From IMG/VR virus record IMGVR_UViG_2529293216_000012: a DNA stretch of 56,801 nucleotides; one strand, given 5' to 3'. The stretch's first letter is position 1, and every line of letters begins with the position of its first letter. Below are positions 26,517 to 37,106 of the stretch, piece by piece. Source of the DNA: a virus. Its lineage: Duplodnaviria > Heunggongvirae > Uroviricota > Caudoviricetes. Position numbers and translations under genes: made by a program. The notes beneath the pieces were generated by a model, which did not search any database, was not told the origin of the DNA, and saw only the letters and a program-made list of their open reading frames with translations.

Positions 26517-28015
26517 TTAATTTTGACGGGATCGGTAATGACCGCCGTATACCGCTGATTGAGGTTGAGTTTAATAACTCCATGGCTGTCACCGGCACTC
26601 CGGCACAGCGTCAGTGTGTGCTGCTGTTTGGTCAGGCGAGAATGAAAGAGAATGCCGTGGACGGTGCCGGTGTTCTGGATGTTCCGGTCAGGATCACCCG
26701 TGCGTCTCAGGCAACAGAACTCTGGGGGCGCGGTTCCATGATTGCCCTGATGGTGGCGGAATTTATCGCCATCAATCCTGATGCTGAACTGTATGCCATT
26801 GCTCAGGGGAACGGCACCGGACAGGCAACGGCTGCGGCCATGAATCTGACCGGAACGGTCACCCGTGACGGGATTGTTTATGCCTGCGTGGGGGGGCGGC
26901 GTTATACACTCCCGGCACCAAAAGGTAAGAAAGGCAAAGAACTGACCGACGAGCTGGCCGCGCTGATCAATGCCGATCCTGACGCGCCCTTCACGGCCTC
27001 CTCTGGTGCAGGAAGTGGTGATAATGGCGCAGGTCTGAAAGGGTCTCTGGGGATCACCGCCCGCTTTACCGGTGAATGCTCCGTTCATGATGTGCGCCTG
27101 AACTATCACGACGGGGAAGCAACCCCGGAAGGAATACAGGTCGCTATAGCCTATCCGAAACAAAAAGCGGCTAACCCGGATATCACCCGAAGCGTGGCGG
27201 GGATGGGCGATCGCCAGTACAACTATGTCGTCATGCCCTATAAGGATGATGCAAACCTGAAAATCATCAGTGATGAGCTTCTGAAACGCTGGGGACCGGC
27301 CAAAATGTCTGACGGCGTGCTGTGGCTGGCACATACCGGCACGTTTGGTGAGGTGCAGGCATTCGGGGCAAAACGCAATGATTTTCTGGCGACCTGCACA
27401 TCCATTCCCAAAGCCCCTGAACCGGATTACCTCTGGGCAGCGGCGGTCTGTGCCACCTGTGCACCCTCTCTGGGAGCAGATCCTGCGCGTCCGCTTCAGA
27501 CGCTGGCGCTTCCGTCACGCATGGCCCCGGCTCCGGCCGATCGTCTGACGCGTGAAGAGCGTAACAGTCTGCTGTGGGGAGGGATTGCCACGGTCAGTGT
27601 GGCTGCCGGTGATGTGGTTCAGATCGAACGTCAGGTGACCATGTATCGCCAGAACGTGTACGGCGAAAGTGATCCCAGCTATCTGGATGTGGAAACCATC
27701 TACACCCTCTCCTGGCTGCGTTATTCCCTGCGTACTTTTATCACACAACGTTTTCCGCGCCATAAACTGGCTGATGACGGGACGCCCGTTCGTGCCGGTC
27801 AGAATATCGTGACGCCGGAGATCATGAAGCTTCAGTTAATTTCGCTGGGTGAAGAGTGGGTGGAACTCGGGCTGGTCGAAAATCTGGACACCTTTAAAAA
27901 GAATCTGCTTGTGGAGCGTAATGCGTCAGATCGAAACCGTCTTGACGTGTTATGCACGCCGGATCTGGTTAACCAGTTCCGCTTCCTGGCAGCACAGATC
28001 CGTTTCATTTTGTGA
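26513..28015 (+). CDS. contractile tail sheath protein (Mu L type)
   Basis: 500 aa; C-terminal conserved block ERNASDRNRLDVLCTPDLVNQFRF shared with the second sheath. Confidence 0.9.
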   Translation: MINFDGIGNDRRIPLIEVEFNNSMAVTGTPAQRQCVLLFGQARMKENAVDGAGVLDVPVRITRASQATELWGRGSMIALMVAEFIAINPDAELYAIAQGNGTGQATAAAMNLTGTVTRDGIVYACVGGRRYTLPAPKGKKGKELTDELAALINADPDAPFTASSGAGSGDNGAGLKGSLGITARFTGECSVHDVRLNYHDGEATPEGIQVAIAYPKQKAANPDITRSVAGMGDRQYNYVVMPYKDDANLKIISDELLKRWGPAKMSDGVLWLAHTGTFGEVQAFGAKRNDFLATCTSIPKAPEPDYLWAAAVCATCAPSLGADPARPLQTLALPSRMAPAPADRLTREERNSLLWGGIATVSVAAGDVVQIERQVTMYRQNVYGESDPSYLDVETIYTLSWLRYSLRTFITQRFPRHKLADDGTPVRAGQNIVTPEIMKLQLISLGEEWVELGLVENLDTFKKNLLVERNASDRNRLDVLCTPDLVNQFRFLAAQIRFIL

Positions 28016-28023
28016 GGTAAGGC

Positions 28024-28389
28024 ATGAGCGGAAAACAGTATCAGGGCACGGCCACTATCCGTGTGAACGGTCAGGAATACGAGACGCTTGAGGGGGCTAC
28101 ATTTTCTCCGTCAGGTTTTGAACGTGAAGTGGTGAAAGGCGCGAAAGTCTATGGTTACCGCCAGAAACCACGTGAAGCGACGCTGGACTGCAAATTTCCG
28201 GCAGGCGGAGAAGGCTCACCAGCCGCTGATGAAATCAACAACTGGACTGCGGTCACTATCGAGTTTGTGGCGGATACCGGCGAAGTCCACATGATGACGA
28301 AGGCCTGGAGCAGTGAACCGGCCTCGCTTGACGGTGGCGGGGAGATCTCCGTGAAGTTCGCCAGCGCCACCAGTACCCGTGTTCAGTGA
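28024..28389 (+). CDS. tail tube protein (Mu M type)
   Basis: 121 aa directly after the sheath. Confidence 0.85.
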   Translation: MSGKQYQGTATIRVNGQEYETLEGATFSPSGFEREVVKGAKVYGYRQKPREATLDCKFPAGGEGSPAADEINNWTAVTIEFVADTGEVHMMTKAWSSEPASLDGGGEISVKFASATSTRVQ

Positions 28390-28880
28390 TCAGGAAAAAT
28401 AAAATGACCACACGTAAGAAAAAAACGGCAGTTTCCGAGGCAGCCGTGATGGAGGCAATCCGGGAAGCACTTGAGGGGGCTGATCCACGCACTGCCGGGC
28501 TGACAGAGCAACTGGCAAAGGGATATGTGGATCTGCTTGATGGTCTGCCGTTTGGTGAGACCCGTGAATATCGTGTCACGTTCCGGGAACTGACAGCGAA
28601 AGACAGTATTGACGCAGAAGCAGAAGCCGAGCGCGTGGTGGAGACAAACAATGGCCCGATGCTGATAGCGTCTCCGTCGTTACGCGGTGTTGCACTGCTG
28701 CGCCGTCAGATTGCCGCAGTGGGAGACATTGAAGGTCCGTTGTCACCCCGTCAGATTGGACAGTTAAGCGAGCGCGATCTCTCCCGCCTGATGGCAGCGG
28801 TCAGCCTGCTGGATACCGCGCTTGCCGGAAAGCTGGCAGCTGACCGGGGGCGATCAGGCGCAGTGTCGGGATCAGATTGA
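28386..28880 (+). CDS. tail assembly chaperone (Mu gp41 position)
   Basis: 164 aa between tube and tape measure; a short ORF in another frame (28822..29004) overlaps its 3' end. Confidence 0.6.
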   Translation: MIRKNKMTTRKKKTAVSEAAVMEAIREALEGADPRTAGLTEQLAKGYVDLLDGLPFGETREYRVTFRELTAKDSIDAEAEAERVVETNNGPMLIASPSLRGVALLRRQIAAVGDIEGPLSPRQIGQLSERDLSRLMAAVSLLDTALAGKLAADRGRSGAVSGSD

Positions 28881-29006
28881 AGAAGCGGCAATTATCCTGG
28901 GGATGGTGACAAAAAGCGGTCCGGAATGGGCGCTTAACCTCCCCCTGTCGCAACTTTACCGGCACTGCCGACAGACAGAAAAAATCATCAGAACGAAGCA
29001 GTAAGT

Positions 29007-31082
29007 ATGGCCCGAAATCTCAGAGCATCTCTGATAGTTGATTTGCTCGGCAATATCTCAGCCAAATCCCGCCAGTGGTCACAGGAGCTGGGGGCATTCT
29101 CACGCTCCGGCCAGGCGGGGCTGGGTGGCCTGGGAAATGCTGCCCGCCGTGCCGGGCAGGAAACAGATGTACTCGGAAGCAGGATGCAGCGCACGCTGGC
29201 CGGGGTGCGGGGCAGTATCCGCCATGTCACTTCTGATTTTGACCGTCTTCAGGGCAGTATTACCGGCACCATCGGGCGGATCAGCAATCTTTACGGAATG
29301 CTGGCCGGTGGTGCTGCTGTATATGGCTTTAACCGGGGATTTATTCGCCCGGCAGCGGAGATGGAAACCTATATGATTCGCCTGAACTCCCTTTACAAAG
29401 GGGATCGGGCGAAAACGGATGATGTCCGCAGGTGGGCAATACAGAATGCGAAGGAAACCACCTGGGGGCTGGCTGGCGTCATGCAGGAATATACGTCCAG
29501 TCTGGGCTTTGGTATGAGTGACAGGGAGGCCCGAAATTTTGTCACCATGCTTCAGGATCAGGGGGCCGTGGGCGGCTGGTCACTGTCCGATGCACAGGGG
29601 GCATCCCTGCAACTGAAACAGATGTATGCAAGAGGCAGTATTCAGGCGGCGGATGCAAATATTCTTGCCACCTACGGCATTAATGCCTACCGCGTGCTGG
29701 CTGATCGTCTGGGTGTGGACCAGAAAGTGGTCAGAAAACTTGGTGAAAAAGGGCTGCTTGGGCCGGACAGTATTCGCCTGTTATTTCAGACGCTGGCGGA
29801 ACAGGCCAGGGGAGCACAAAAGGACGCAATGAATTCCTGGAGTGGCCTGACGGCCATGATGGGTGACGTCTGGGACCAGTTTGCCCGGGATGTGATGGAC
29901 AGTGGGCCATTTGAAAAACTGAAGGGTAATCTCAGGGGATTTCTTTCATGGGTTGACAGTGCCAAATCTGATGGCAGTTACCATTCCCTGGCGGAAAGCA
30001 CGGCATCAGCCATGAACCAGGGCTTTGAGTATGCCCGTGATGCAGTGACAGGGTTTTATCAGGCGATCAGAAAGGTACGCGACACGCTTCAGGCTCTGCG
30101 GGATGCGGGCTATGGTGATGCGCTGGATCGCATTGGTCAGGGGGCACAGACTGCCGCGAAATACCTGCTGTACATGTATCTCGCCACCCGTGCCCTGAAA
30201 ATGGCGCGGGCTGTCGGAACGGGGATTATACGTCCGGGTGCTGCATTGCTGGGATACGGATTATCAGCGGCGGCCTTCCTGACTTCACCTTTCCGGCGCT
30301 CTCCTCCGGCCGGAACACCACCAGGCACATCTCAGGGACGAGGGCAACGTTTTATAAACTTTCTTACCGGGGTAAATCCGGCAGCCGTTCAGCCAGTACT
30401 TGTAACAAACTGGCCCACAGGAGGACTGTCCGGCACCGGCGCGACCGATACATCCTCAGGCGGACGTCAGGGGCGGGGCCGCAGGAAACGCGGACCGGGG
30501 CGCGGAAGACCGGTCACGCCTCCCCTGCCACCGTCCCCAGTGCCACCGTCTCCCTCTTCTGGTGGGGCAGGGTTCTGGGGGCGCATGATGGGGCGCGCCG
30601 GTGGGTTACTTTCGTCTGTCGGTAGCCGCATGGGGCTGGGGCGTTTCTCCGGCTTTTTCCGCAGTGCCGGTGGACTGGCCGGCCGGCTGGGTGGAGGTGC
30701 CCTGTGGGCTGGCGCGATGGCAGCCCCGGTTCTGCTGGATGGCAGCGCCAGTGCCACAGACAAGGGAGAAGCGGTCGGCTCTCTTGCAGGCAGTATTGCC
30801 GGTGGTGCGCTGGGGGCGGCAGCCGGACCTGTGGGGATTGCCATTGGTTCTACGGTGGGCAGCTATCTCGGTAACTATCTGGGGGGATGGCTGACTGAAG
30901 CCTGGCAGAAATTACGGGGCAGTGATGATGAAAGCAGTGGACAGGCGGTACAAAAAGCCTCTGCCCGTGTGGAGCTGGTTGCCCCGGAAGGGTGGCAGGC
31001 TCGCAGTATTGATATTGATGACACGTCCGGTCACGGACTGGATGTGAATGTCTGGAACGGAGGGAATTATGGCCTCTGGTGA
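29007..31082 (+). CDS. tail tape measure protein
   Basis: 691 aa; helical N-terminal two thirds, then a Pro-rich and Gly-rich low-complexity C-terminal third. Confidence 0.85.
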   Translation: MARNLRASLIVDLLGNISAKSRQWSQELGAFSRSGQAGLGGLGNAARRAGQETDVLGSRMQRTLAGVRGSIRHVTSDFDRLQGSITGTIGRISNLYGMLAGGAAVYGFNRGFIRPAAEMETYMIRLNSLYKGDRAKTDDVRRWAIQNAKETTWGLAGVMQEYTSSLGFGMSDREARNFVTMLQDQGAVGGWSLSDAQGASLQLKQMYARGSIQAADANILATYGINAYRVLADRLGVDQKVVRKLGEKGLLGPDSIRLLFQTLAEQARGAQKDAMNSWSGLTAMMGDVWDQFARDVMDSGPFEKLKGNLRGFLSWVDSAKSDGSYHSLAESTASAMNQGFEYARDAVTGFYQAIRKVRDTLQALRDAGYGDALDRIGQGAQTAAKYLLYMYLATRALKMARAVGTGIIRPGAALLGYGLSAAAFLTSPFRRSPPAGTPPGTSQGRGQRFINFLTGVNPAAVQPVLVTNWPTGGLSGTGATDTSSGGRQGRGRRKRGPGRGRPVTPPLPPSPVPPSPSSGGAGFWGRMMGRAGGLLSSVGSRMGLGRFSGFFRSAGGLAGRLGGGALWAGAMAAPVLLDGSASATDKGEAVGSLAGSIAGGALGAAAGPVGIAIGSTVGSYLGNYLGGWLTEAWQKLRGSDDESSGQAVQKASARVELVAPEGWQARSIDIDDTSGHGLDVNVWNGGNYGLW

Positions 31083-32418
31083 CGGTCGTGGTGCGTTCCG
31101 TGGTGTGCCGTTCCTCGTCTGGCGTGAGCAGCGCGAACGTGGCGGGCGAAACATTGTCCGTCGGGAATATCCGTTACGGGAAACCGGTGGTGCAGACGAT
31201 CTGGGACCTAAACTGGCTGAATTTACGTTCAGTGTACTTGTGATGGGGGATGATGTTCAGACACAGCGAAATCGTCTGCGTGATGCCCTTCGTGCACCCG
31301 GTGCCGGGGAGCTGCTTCACCCGGATTACGGCACGTTAAATGTGCTGATAAACAGCTTTGAAAGTCGTTATAACGCTGCTGAACAGGGCGTGGTTGAGTT
31401 CACCATTAATGTCACGCCGGTAAGTGATGATACCGCACCTGCTGTCACACAGGACACGGCCGCCATTCTGGAGCAGAAGAGTACCACCGCGCTCGGGAAG
31501 GTTTTTGAAACCCTGGAAGCGGGCTGGACGGTGATTTCTGACGGAATGCACGATGTCCAGGCAATGACCGAAACCATCAGCGATAAGGTGTCCGCCCTGG
31601 AAAATGCCGTTTCCGGCATGGGGATTGTACAGGATATCAGTGCCTTTACTGCCACGTTCACGGCGCTGAAAGGGAATGCCACGGCATTACTGACAGCACC
31701 TTCCCGCATGGCCTCATCTTTTGCGGGGCTTTTCAGTGCCCTGATCACCCTGCCATCGCTGCCGTCACTGTCTTCAGGAGGCCTGAATACCCGGCCCGGT
31801 GGCAGTATCGGCCGGACGACATCCGCCTTCTCTCAGGGAATGCCGCAACTGTACAGGACATTATCTTCCCTGCGTTACGTGCTGGATGAGCAGGATAATC
31901 CGCAGACTCTCATCGGTCTGACACCGGCAGCACAAAAGAATATTCGTCTGATACGGGCGGTAATGCAGAGTGCTGCCGTGGTGGCCCAGGCACAGACCGT
32001 GGGAAAACTGCTGGATCAGGTTCTCAGTCAGGAAACCCTGCCGGACAGTGACGCAGCCCACCGTACCTGGCCTGTCTGGCTGGAAAGTTCAGTTGATCTT
32101 CAGCGCATTAACCGTGACTTAAGCGAAGCGCTCGAACGGCAGGTGATGACACTGTCCGGGCAGGGGTATACCGCCACGGCGCTGACGCTTCGTGATGCCA
32201 GACTGGCACTGACAGAGGATCTGAATACACGGGGAGTTCAGCTACCCGGTGCAACAGTAGTGACTGTACGTACCACCGAGCCTGCACTGGTGACCCTGTA
32301 CCGTGCCACCGGGAACAGTACCGGCTGGCAACGTTTTGTGCGCCGTAACGGTATTGTTGATCCGCTGTTCATTCCCGGAGGCCATTCAGTGGAGGTGATT
32401 AGTGAGCAGCAGGGTTGA
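31069..32418 (+). CDS. Mu N-like DNA circularisation protein
   Basis: Internal ATG with GGAGGG RBS chosen (MASGDGRGAFRGVPF, matching the homolog in the second tail module); track ORF starts at 31048. Confidence 0.8.
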   Translation: MASGDGRGAFRGVPFLVWREQRERGGRNIVRREYPLRETGGADDLGPKLAEFTFSVLVMGDDVQTQRNRLRDALRAPGAGELLHPDYGTLNVLINSFESRYNAAEQGVVEFTINVTPVSDDTAPAVTQDTAAILEQKSTTALGKVFETLEAGWTVISDGMHDVQAMTETISDKVSALENAVSGMGIVQDISAFTATFTALKGNATALLTAPSRMASSFAGLFSALITLPSLPSLSSGGLNTRPGGSIGRTTSAFSQGMPQLYRTLSSLRYVLDEQDNPQTLIGLTPAAQKNIRLIRAVMQSAAVVAQAQTVGKLLDQVLSQETLPDSDAAHRTWPVWLESSVDLQRINRDLSEALERQVMTLSGQGYTATALTLRDARLALTEDLNTRGVQLPGATVVTVRTTEPALVTLYRATGNSTGWQRFVRRNGIVDPLFIPGGHSVEVISEQQG

Positions 32419-33526
32419 ACTGTATCTGGGCGGTGAGATTTTTTCCGGCTGGCTGACGGTGAGTGTTCGTCGCTCTCTTGAACATCTGGCGGGCTCCTTT
32501 GAACTGGGGGTAATGATGCCCGGTGTACGCCTTCCGTCATCCGTCCGTGCCGGTCAGTCTCTGGAATTGCGCATTGACGGTCAGCCTGTGATCACTGGCT
32601 GGCTGGATCAGGTCCGGCAGCGCATCAGCGCCACGCGTTTTCAGATCACGCTCAGCGGACGGGATAAAACCGGTGACCTGGTGGACTGTTCAGCCATTCA
32701 TCCGGGCAGCCAGTGGAGGAACCGCACGCTGGAGCACATTGCTTCAGATTTGTGTGCTCCGTTCGGGGTCACGGTGCGCTGGCAGGTAAATGATGCAACG
32801 GCAGCCCGGCCCTTTTCCACCTTCACACTGGAAAACTCAGAAACCGTGGCAGATGCGCTGACACGGGCCGCGAGACACAGAGGCGTCCTGGTAACCAGTA
32901 ATGCCGCCGGTGAACTGGTTTTCACTCAGGCCGGCAGTCAGCGTGGCGACACGCTGACGCTGGGCGAAAATCTGCTGGATTTGGATCACAACGTGGATCA
33001 CCGTCTGCGCCACAGTGAATACCGTGTACGGGGGCACGGGCGTGGTGGTGGTCATGCCGGGGATGCACTGACAGCCGGAACGCTGGCCGCACCCGTTGGT
33101 ACGGTGACAGACAGTGCCATCCACCGTTACAGACCGAAAATTGTGCTGGCGGATCATGCTGTTGATGCAGACGGTGCACGCCAGAGGGCTGTCCGGGAAA
33201 TGCGCCGGGCGGTTGCCCGCTCTGTGCGCCTGACAGCCACCGTGCGGCACTGGTTTCGGGAGAACGGCCAGTTGTGGGATATCAACCTGCTGACGGCTGT
33301 CACGGCTCCCCGCACCGGAGTGGAAGAGCGTGATCTTCTTGTCTGTCAGGTGGAGTTTTCGCTGGATGCAAATCACGGCGAAACCACCCGTCTGATTCTG
33401 GCACCCCGTGACGGCTTTATTGTTCCGGCAGAGCCGGGAAACAGCGGAAGCGGAAATGCGGGTGACGTGGACGCCTTCGTGCGGGCACAGATGAAAAAAC
33501 AGGGGATTAAATTCAATGATGAATGA
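32402..33526 (+). CDS. Mu P-like baseplate hub protein
   Basis: 374 aa; conserved order N-P-gp45. Confidence 0.82.
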   Translation: MSSRVELYLGGEIFSGWLTVSVRRSLEHLAGSFELGVMMPGVRLPSSVRAGQSLELRIDGQPVITGWLDQVRQRISATRFQITLSGRDKTGDLVDCSAIHPGSQWRNRTLEHIASDLCAPFGVTVRWQVNDATAARPFSTFTLENSETVADALTRAARHRGVLVTSNAAGELVFTQAGSQRGDTLTLGENLLDLDHNVDHRLRHSEYRVRGHGRGGGHAGDALTAGTLAAPVGTVTDSAIHRYRPKIVLADHAVDADGARQRAVREMRRAVARSVRLTATVRHWFRENGQLWDINLLTAVTAPRTGVEERDLLVCQVEFSLDANHGETTRLILAPRDGFIVPAEPGNSGSGNAGDVDAFVRAQMKKQGIKFNDE

Positions 33527-34130
33527 CGAAGTCATCAGCCGCCTTCTGGCCCCCGTGATGCGGGGTGTTCGTCTGCTGTTCGGGCGTGGTGTACTGACCG
33601 GCACAACGGACACGCTGAAAATCCAGAATGTGCAAATCACCGGTATGGATGGTGAAACCTTTGATGACGTTGAACGCCCCCAGCAGTACGGGCAAATCAG
33701 CGTCCCCCTGCCTGGTGCGGAAGTTTTTCTGGCCTGTGCTGGCGGACAACGGGATCAGGCCGTGGTGCTTGTGGTGGAAGACCGCCGCAGTCGCCCGACC
33801 GGACTTACCGCCGGAGATACCGGCGTGTATCACCATGAGGGGCACCGTATACGTCTGACAAAGAACGGCCGGATCATTGTGACCTGTAAGACGCTGGAGA
33901 TTTACGCCGATGAAGGTGTTCAGGTGGATACACCGGAGGCTCACTTTACCGGTAATGTCACAGTGGATAAGAACCTGCATGTCAAAGGCAATGTGTCCAT
34001 TGACGGCACCGGAAGATCACAGGGGACGTTCACGATGTCCGAAGCGGTTATTGCCGGGATCACCTATTCAGGTCATGTGCATCACGATAACGGTGAAGGC
34101 AGCAAAACGGGAGGACCAGAGAATGGCTGA
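33516..34130 (+). CDS. Mu gp45-like baseplate assembly / spike protein
   Basis: 204 aa; overlapping start and stop. Confidence 0.8.
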   Translation: MMNDEVISRLLAPVMRGVRLLFGRGVLTGTTDTLKIQNVQITGMDGETFDDVERPQQYGQISVPLPGAEVFLACAGGQRDQAVVLVVEDRRSRPTGLTAGDTGVYHHEGHRIRLTKNGRIIVTCKTLEIYADEGVQVDTPEAHFTGNVTVDKNLHVKGNVSIDGTGRSQGTFTMSEAVIAGITYSGHVHHDNGEGSKTGGPENG

Positions 34131-34560
34131 TATTGCTGTCGTCTGGGATCAGGGTTGCGGTTCCCTGCAACTGAACGGCGCAGATCTTCTGACGGATAAC
34201 AGCCTGCTGACTGCGGTCATTATTTCACTGTTTACGGACAGGCGGGCGCTGGATTCCGATGAAATCCCTGACGGCACCCGTGACCGTCGGGGATGGTGGG
34301 GAGACAGTTTCCGGGAGCGCCCCGTTGGCTCCCGTCTCTGGCTGTTAAGCCGTGAAAAGACGCTGTCCTCCGTGGTCAGCCGTGCACAGGCCTATGCTGA
34401 TGAAGCGCTGGCGTGGCTGCATAAAAGCGGTGCTGCCACATCCGTGGTATGTCATGCCATGCGTGTGGGGCATGCTCGCCTTTCGCTTTCCGTGAAAATC
34501 ACCCTGCCGGACGGAAGCAGACATCCGATGATTTTTTATGCTGATATGAAGGGGGAATGA
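34123..34560 (+). CDS. Mu gp46-like baseplate protein
   Basis: Internal ATG (MADIAVVWDQ...) overlapping the gp45 stop (ATGGCTGA) chosen over the long track ORF 33910..34560; WWGD motif shared with the minus-strand homolog. Confidence 0.78.
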   Translation: MADIAVVWDQGCGSLQLNGADLLTDNSLLTAVIISLFTDRRALDSDEIPDGTRDRRGWWGDSFRERPVGSRLWLLSREKTLSSVVSRAQAYADEALAWLHKSGAATSVVCHAMRVGHARLSLSVKITLPDGSRHPMIFYADMKGE

Positions 34561-35642
34561 TGCCTTATCAGCCCTTACCACTGGCGCAACTGATCACACA
34601 GACACAACAGGATATCAGCCAGCGCCTGCCCGGTTCGCAGCCGGGCGTGAATGAAACCACCCTGAATGCCATTGCGTATGCACTGGCGGGTCTGTCAGCA
34701 CAGGAGCATGAACATCTGGCCTGGATCTCCCGGCAGATAATTCCGACAGAAGCTGATGAAGCCGAACTCCTGAAACACTGCGCATTCTGGGGTGTCATCC
34801 GTAAACCGGCTTCCCGCGCTGACGGACCGGTACAACTGATGCTGACCACGGATGCAGGGATCACGGAAGGCGTACTCCTTCAGCGAAGCGATGGGGTTGT
34901 GTACCGCATCACCGGCTCTGCGACCGGAAAAGCCGGAACACTGAATGTTAATGTGGAGGCGGAAAGTGCGGGGCGCGCTGGAAATACCCCGACCGGAACC
35001 CGCCTGTCCTTTATCACGCCACAGGCGGGCATCAACCAGACAGCCACGGTCACCGGCACGGGACTCACCGGTGGTGCGGATGTGGAAACGGTGCCGGAGT
35101 TGCTGTCCAGGCTGGTATTCCGGGTACAGAACCCGCCATCAGGGGGAACACAGTATGATTTTGAACGCTGGGCACGGGAAGTACCGGGCGTGACGCGGGC
35201 ATGGTGTAAGCCTGAATGGCCTGAGGCGGGTAGTGTTGGTGTGACTTTTGTTCAGGATAATAACCCTGACATTTTCCCCGGAGAAGGTGATGTGAAGCGG
35301 GTGGCGGATTATATCCGCAGTCATGATGATCCGGCGACGGGCCAGCCCGTTGGTCAGCCACTTGGGCCGACAATCAGCGTGTTTAAGCTGACCAATAAGC
35401 CGGTGGCGTTTGAGATCAGGATTGTACCCAAAACGCCGGAAAATCAGGCTGCCGTAAAACAGGCATTAACAGACCTGCTTTATAACGAATCGCGGCCGGG
35501 TGGACTTGTATTGCCTTCATCATTCTGGCGGGCTGTTGCAGGGGTGAAAGGACTGGAGGATTTTGAAGTTCGCAGCCCGCTGAAGTCCGTGATGGCCGGA
35601 GATACAGAGTTGCTGACCGTGGGGGAAATCACATGGCTGTAA
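34557..35642 (+). CDS. baseplate J-like protein (Mu gp47)
   Basis: 361 aa; overlapping start. Confidence 0.85.
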   Translation: MMPYQPLPLAQLITQTQQDISQRLPGSQPGVNETTLNAIAYALAGLSAQEHEHLAWISRQIIPTEADEAELLKHCAFWGVIRKPASRADGPVQLMLTTDAGITEGVLLQRSDGVVYRITGSATGKAGTLNVNVEAESAGRAGNTPTGTRLSFITPQAGINQTATVTGTGLTGGADVETVPELLSRLVFRVQNPPSGGTQYDFERWAREVPGVTRAWCKPEWPEAGSVGVTFVQDNNPDIFPGEGDVKRVADYIRSHDDPATGQPVGQPLGPTISVFKLTNKPVAFEIRIVPKTPENQAAVKQALTDLLYNESRPGGLVLPSSFWRAVAGVKGLEDFEVRSPLKSVMAGDTELLTVGEITWL

Positions 35643-36193
35643 CCCTGACCCCGCATCAGCGCGCCCTGTTGCAGTTGCTGCCTGACGGGCTGGCATGGGA
35701 TAAGCGGCCGTCATCCGTTCTTGCGGCTTTGTGCCTGGGCCTCAGTCATTCCACGGAGCGTGTTTCCTGGACCGGTAACCAGATGCTGGCAGAACGTTTT
35801 CCTGATTCATCCCGTCTGCTGCTGGAAGACTGGGAGCGTTATCTGGGGTTACCGGAATGTGATATGACCGGCGCAACCATTCAGGAGCGTCAGCGTTATG
35901 CCGGGAATAAATACCGGATGAAACCCTCTCTTAACCGTGAATTTTATATCCGGTTTGCGGCAGAGTTTGGTTATGAAATAGATATTCAGCCATCACCGGA
36001 TTCACAGTGGGTCAGTATTGTCACGATTAACAGTGAAACCGGCTACCGGAATATGAATGTGCTGGATGATATTCTCACGCCGCTGCGTATTTATGAAGGC
36101 GGTGCGCTGGAATGTATTCTGAACCGTTATAAGCCTGCATGGCAGACGTTTATTTACGTATATGCAAACAGTCACGAAGAGGAGAATATTTAA
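35633..36193 (+). CDS. Mu gp48-like tail protein (DUF2313)
   Basis: 186 aa; homolog of minus-strand 38907..39491. Confidence 0.78.
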   Translation: MAVTLTPHQRALLQLLPDGLAWDKRPSSVLAALCLGLSHSTERVSWTGNQMLAERFPDSSRLLLEDWERYLGLPECDMTGATIQERQRYAGNKYRMKPSLNREFYIRFAAEFGYEIDIQPSPDSQWVSIVTINSETGYRNMNVLDDILTPLRIYEGGALECILNRYKPAWQTFIYVYANSHEEENI

Positions 36194-37095
36194 TGTTCCA
36201 TGTTGATAATAATTCCGGCGTGGCGAATATGCCTGCGCTGGCACCGGCGCAGAGTAATACCACCACCTGGTTTACCGAAGGTGACGGACAAAAAGGTATC
36301 AGCTGGATTGGTCAGGACTGGCTGAATATTCTCCAGGCCGAACTGCTGAATATTCTGGCTGAAGCCAGTATTCAGCCGGATAAGGCGCAGTTAAACCAGC
36401 TTACGCTGTCCATTAAAGCCATTATCGCTGCGAATGCCTTTTCCCGGAAAAACAACCTGAAAGAAATTGCTGATGCCGGTGCGGAAGCCCAGCGTCTTGC
36501 CCGTGGTTATCTTGGTCTTGGGGCGCTTGCCACAAAAAACAGTCTTGGTCCCGGTGACGTTAATGCTCTGGCGAAGGATCAGAACCTTGCCGACCTGGAG
36601 AATGCGGGAACCGCCCGTAATAATCTGGATGTTTACAGCAAAAGCGAAGGTGATAACCGTTACCTGCGCAGGGAGCAGAACGGCGCAGACATTCCGGATA
36701 AAGGCGCTTTTATCGATAACGTTGGTTTGGGAGAAGCGGCAAAACGGGATGTGGGGACAGGGGAAAATCAGATACCGGACATGGCCTCTTTTGCCAGTGG
36801 TGATGGATGGATGAAATTACCCAACGGGAAAATCCTGCAATATGGTCGTGGTGCGGTTACGCCGACATTATCGACGCAAACAATGAGAATTACATTCAGC
36901 ATCCCTTTCTCCAAAAAAGCGGACTGCGCCATGCTTACTCATTCTGGTGATGGCGGTGCGCCTTTAGGCGCTGGGCGAGGGTTCGTGATGACTGCAGAAG
37001 GCCCAACGTTAACCGGCTTTAATTCTGCTTACAGAACGTCATCAACCAGCGACACGGTATCGATGAATTACAGTTGGTGGGCTGTTGGTGAGTAA
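36193..37095 (+). CDS. tail fibre protein (Mu S-like)
   Basis: Internal ATG overlapping the gp48 stop (TAATG); N-terminus MFHVDNNSGVANMPA. Confidence 0.75.
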   Translation: MFHVDNNSGVANMPALAPAQSNTTTWFTEGDGQKGISWIGQDWLNILQAELLNILAEASIQPDKAQLNQLTLSIKAIIAANAFSRKNNLKEIADAGAEAQRLARGYLGLGALATKNSLGPGDVNALAKDQNLADLENAGTARNNLDVYSKSEGDNRYLRREQNGADIPDKGAFIDNVGLGEAAKRDVGTGENQIPDMASFASGDGWMKLPNGKILQYGRGAVTPTLSTQTMRITFSIPFSKKADCAMLTHSGDGGAPLGAGRGFVMTAEGPTLTGFNSAYRTSSTSDTVSMNYSWWAVGE

Positions 37096-37106
37096 TTTTA
37101 TTCAGG

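Noticed and set aside
26408-27334. 308-aa minus-strand ORF inside the sheath gene
   Set aside because: Antisense to the sheath gene, no RBS context, low-complexity translation.
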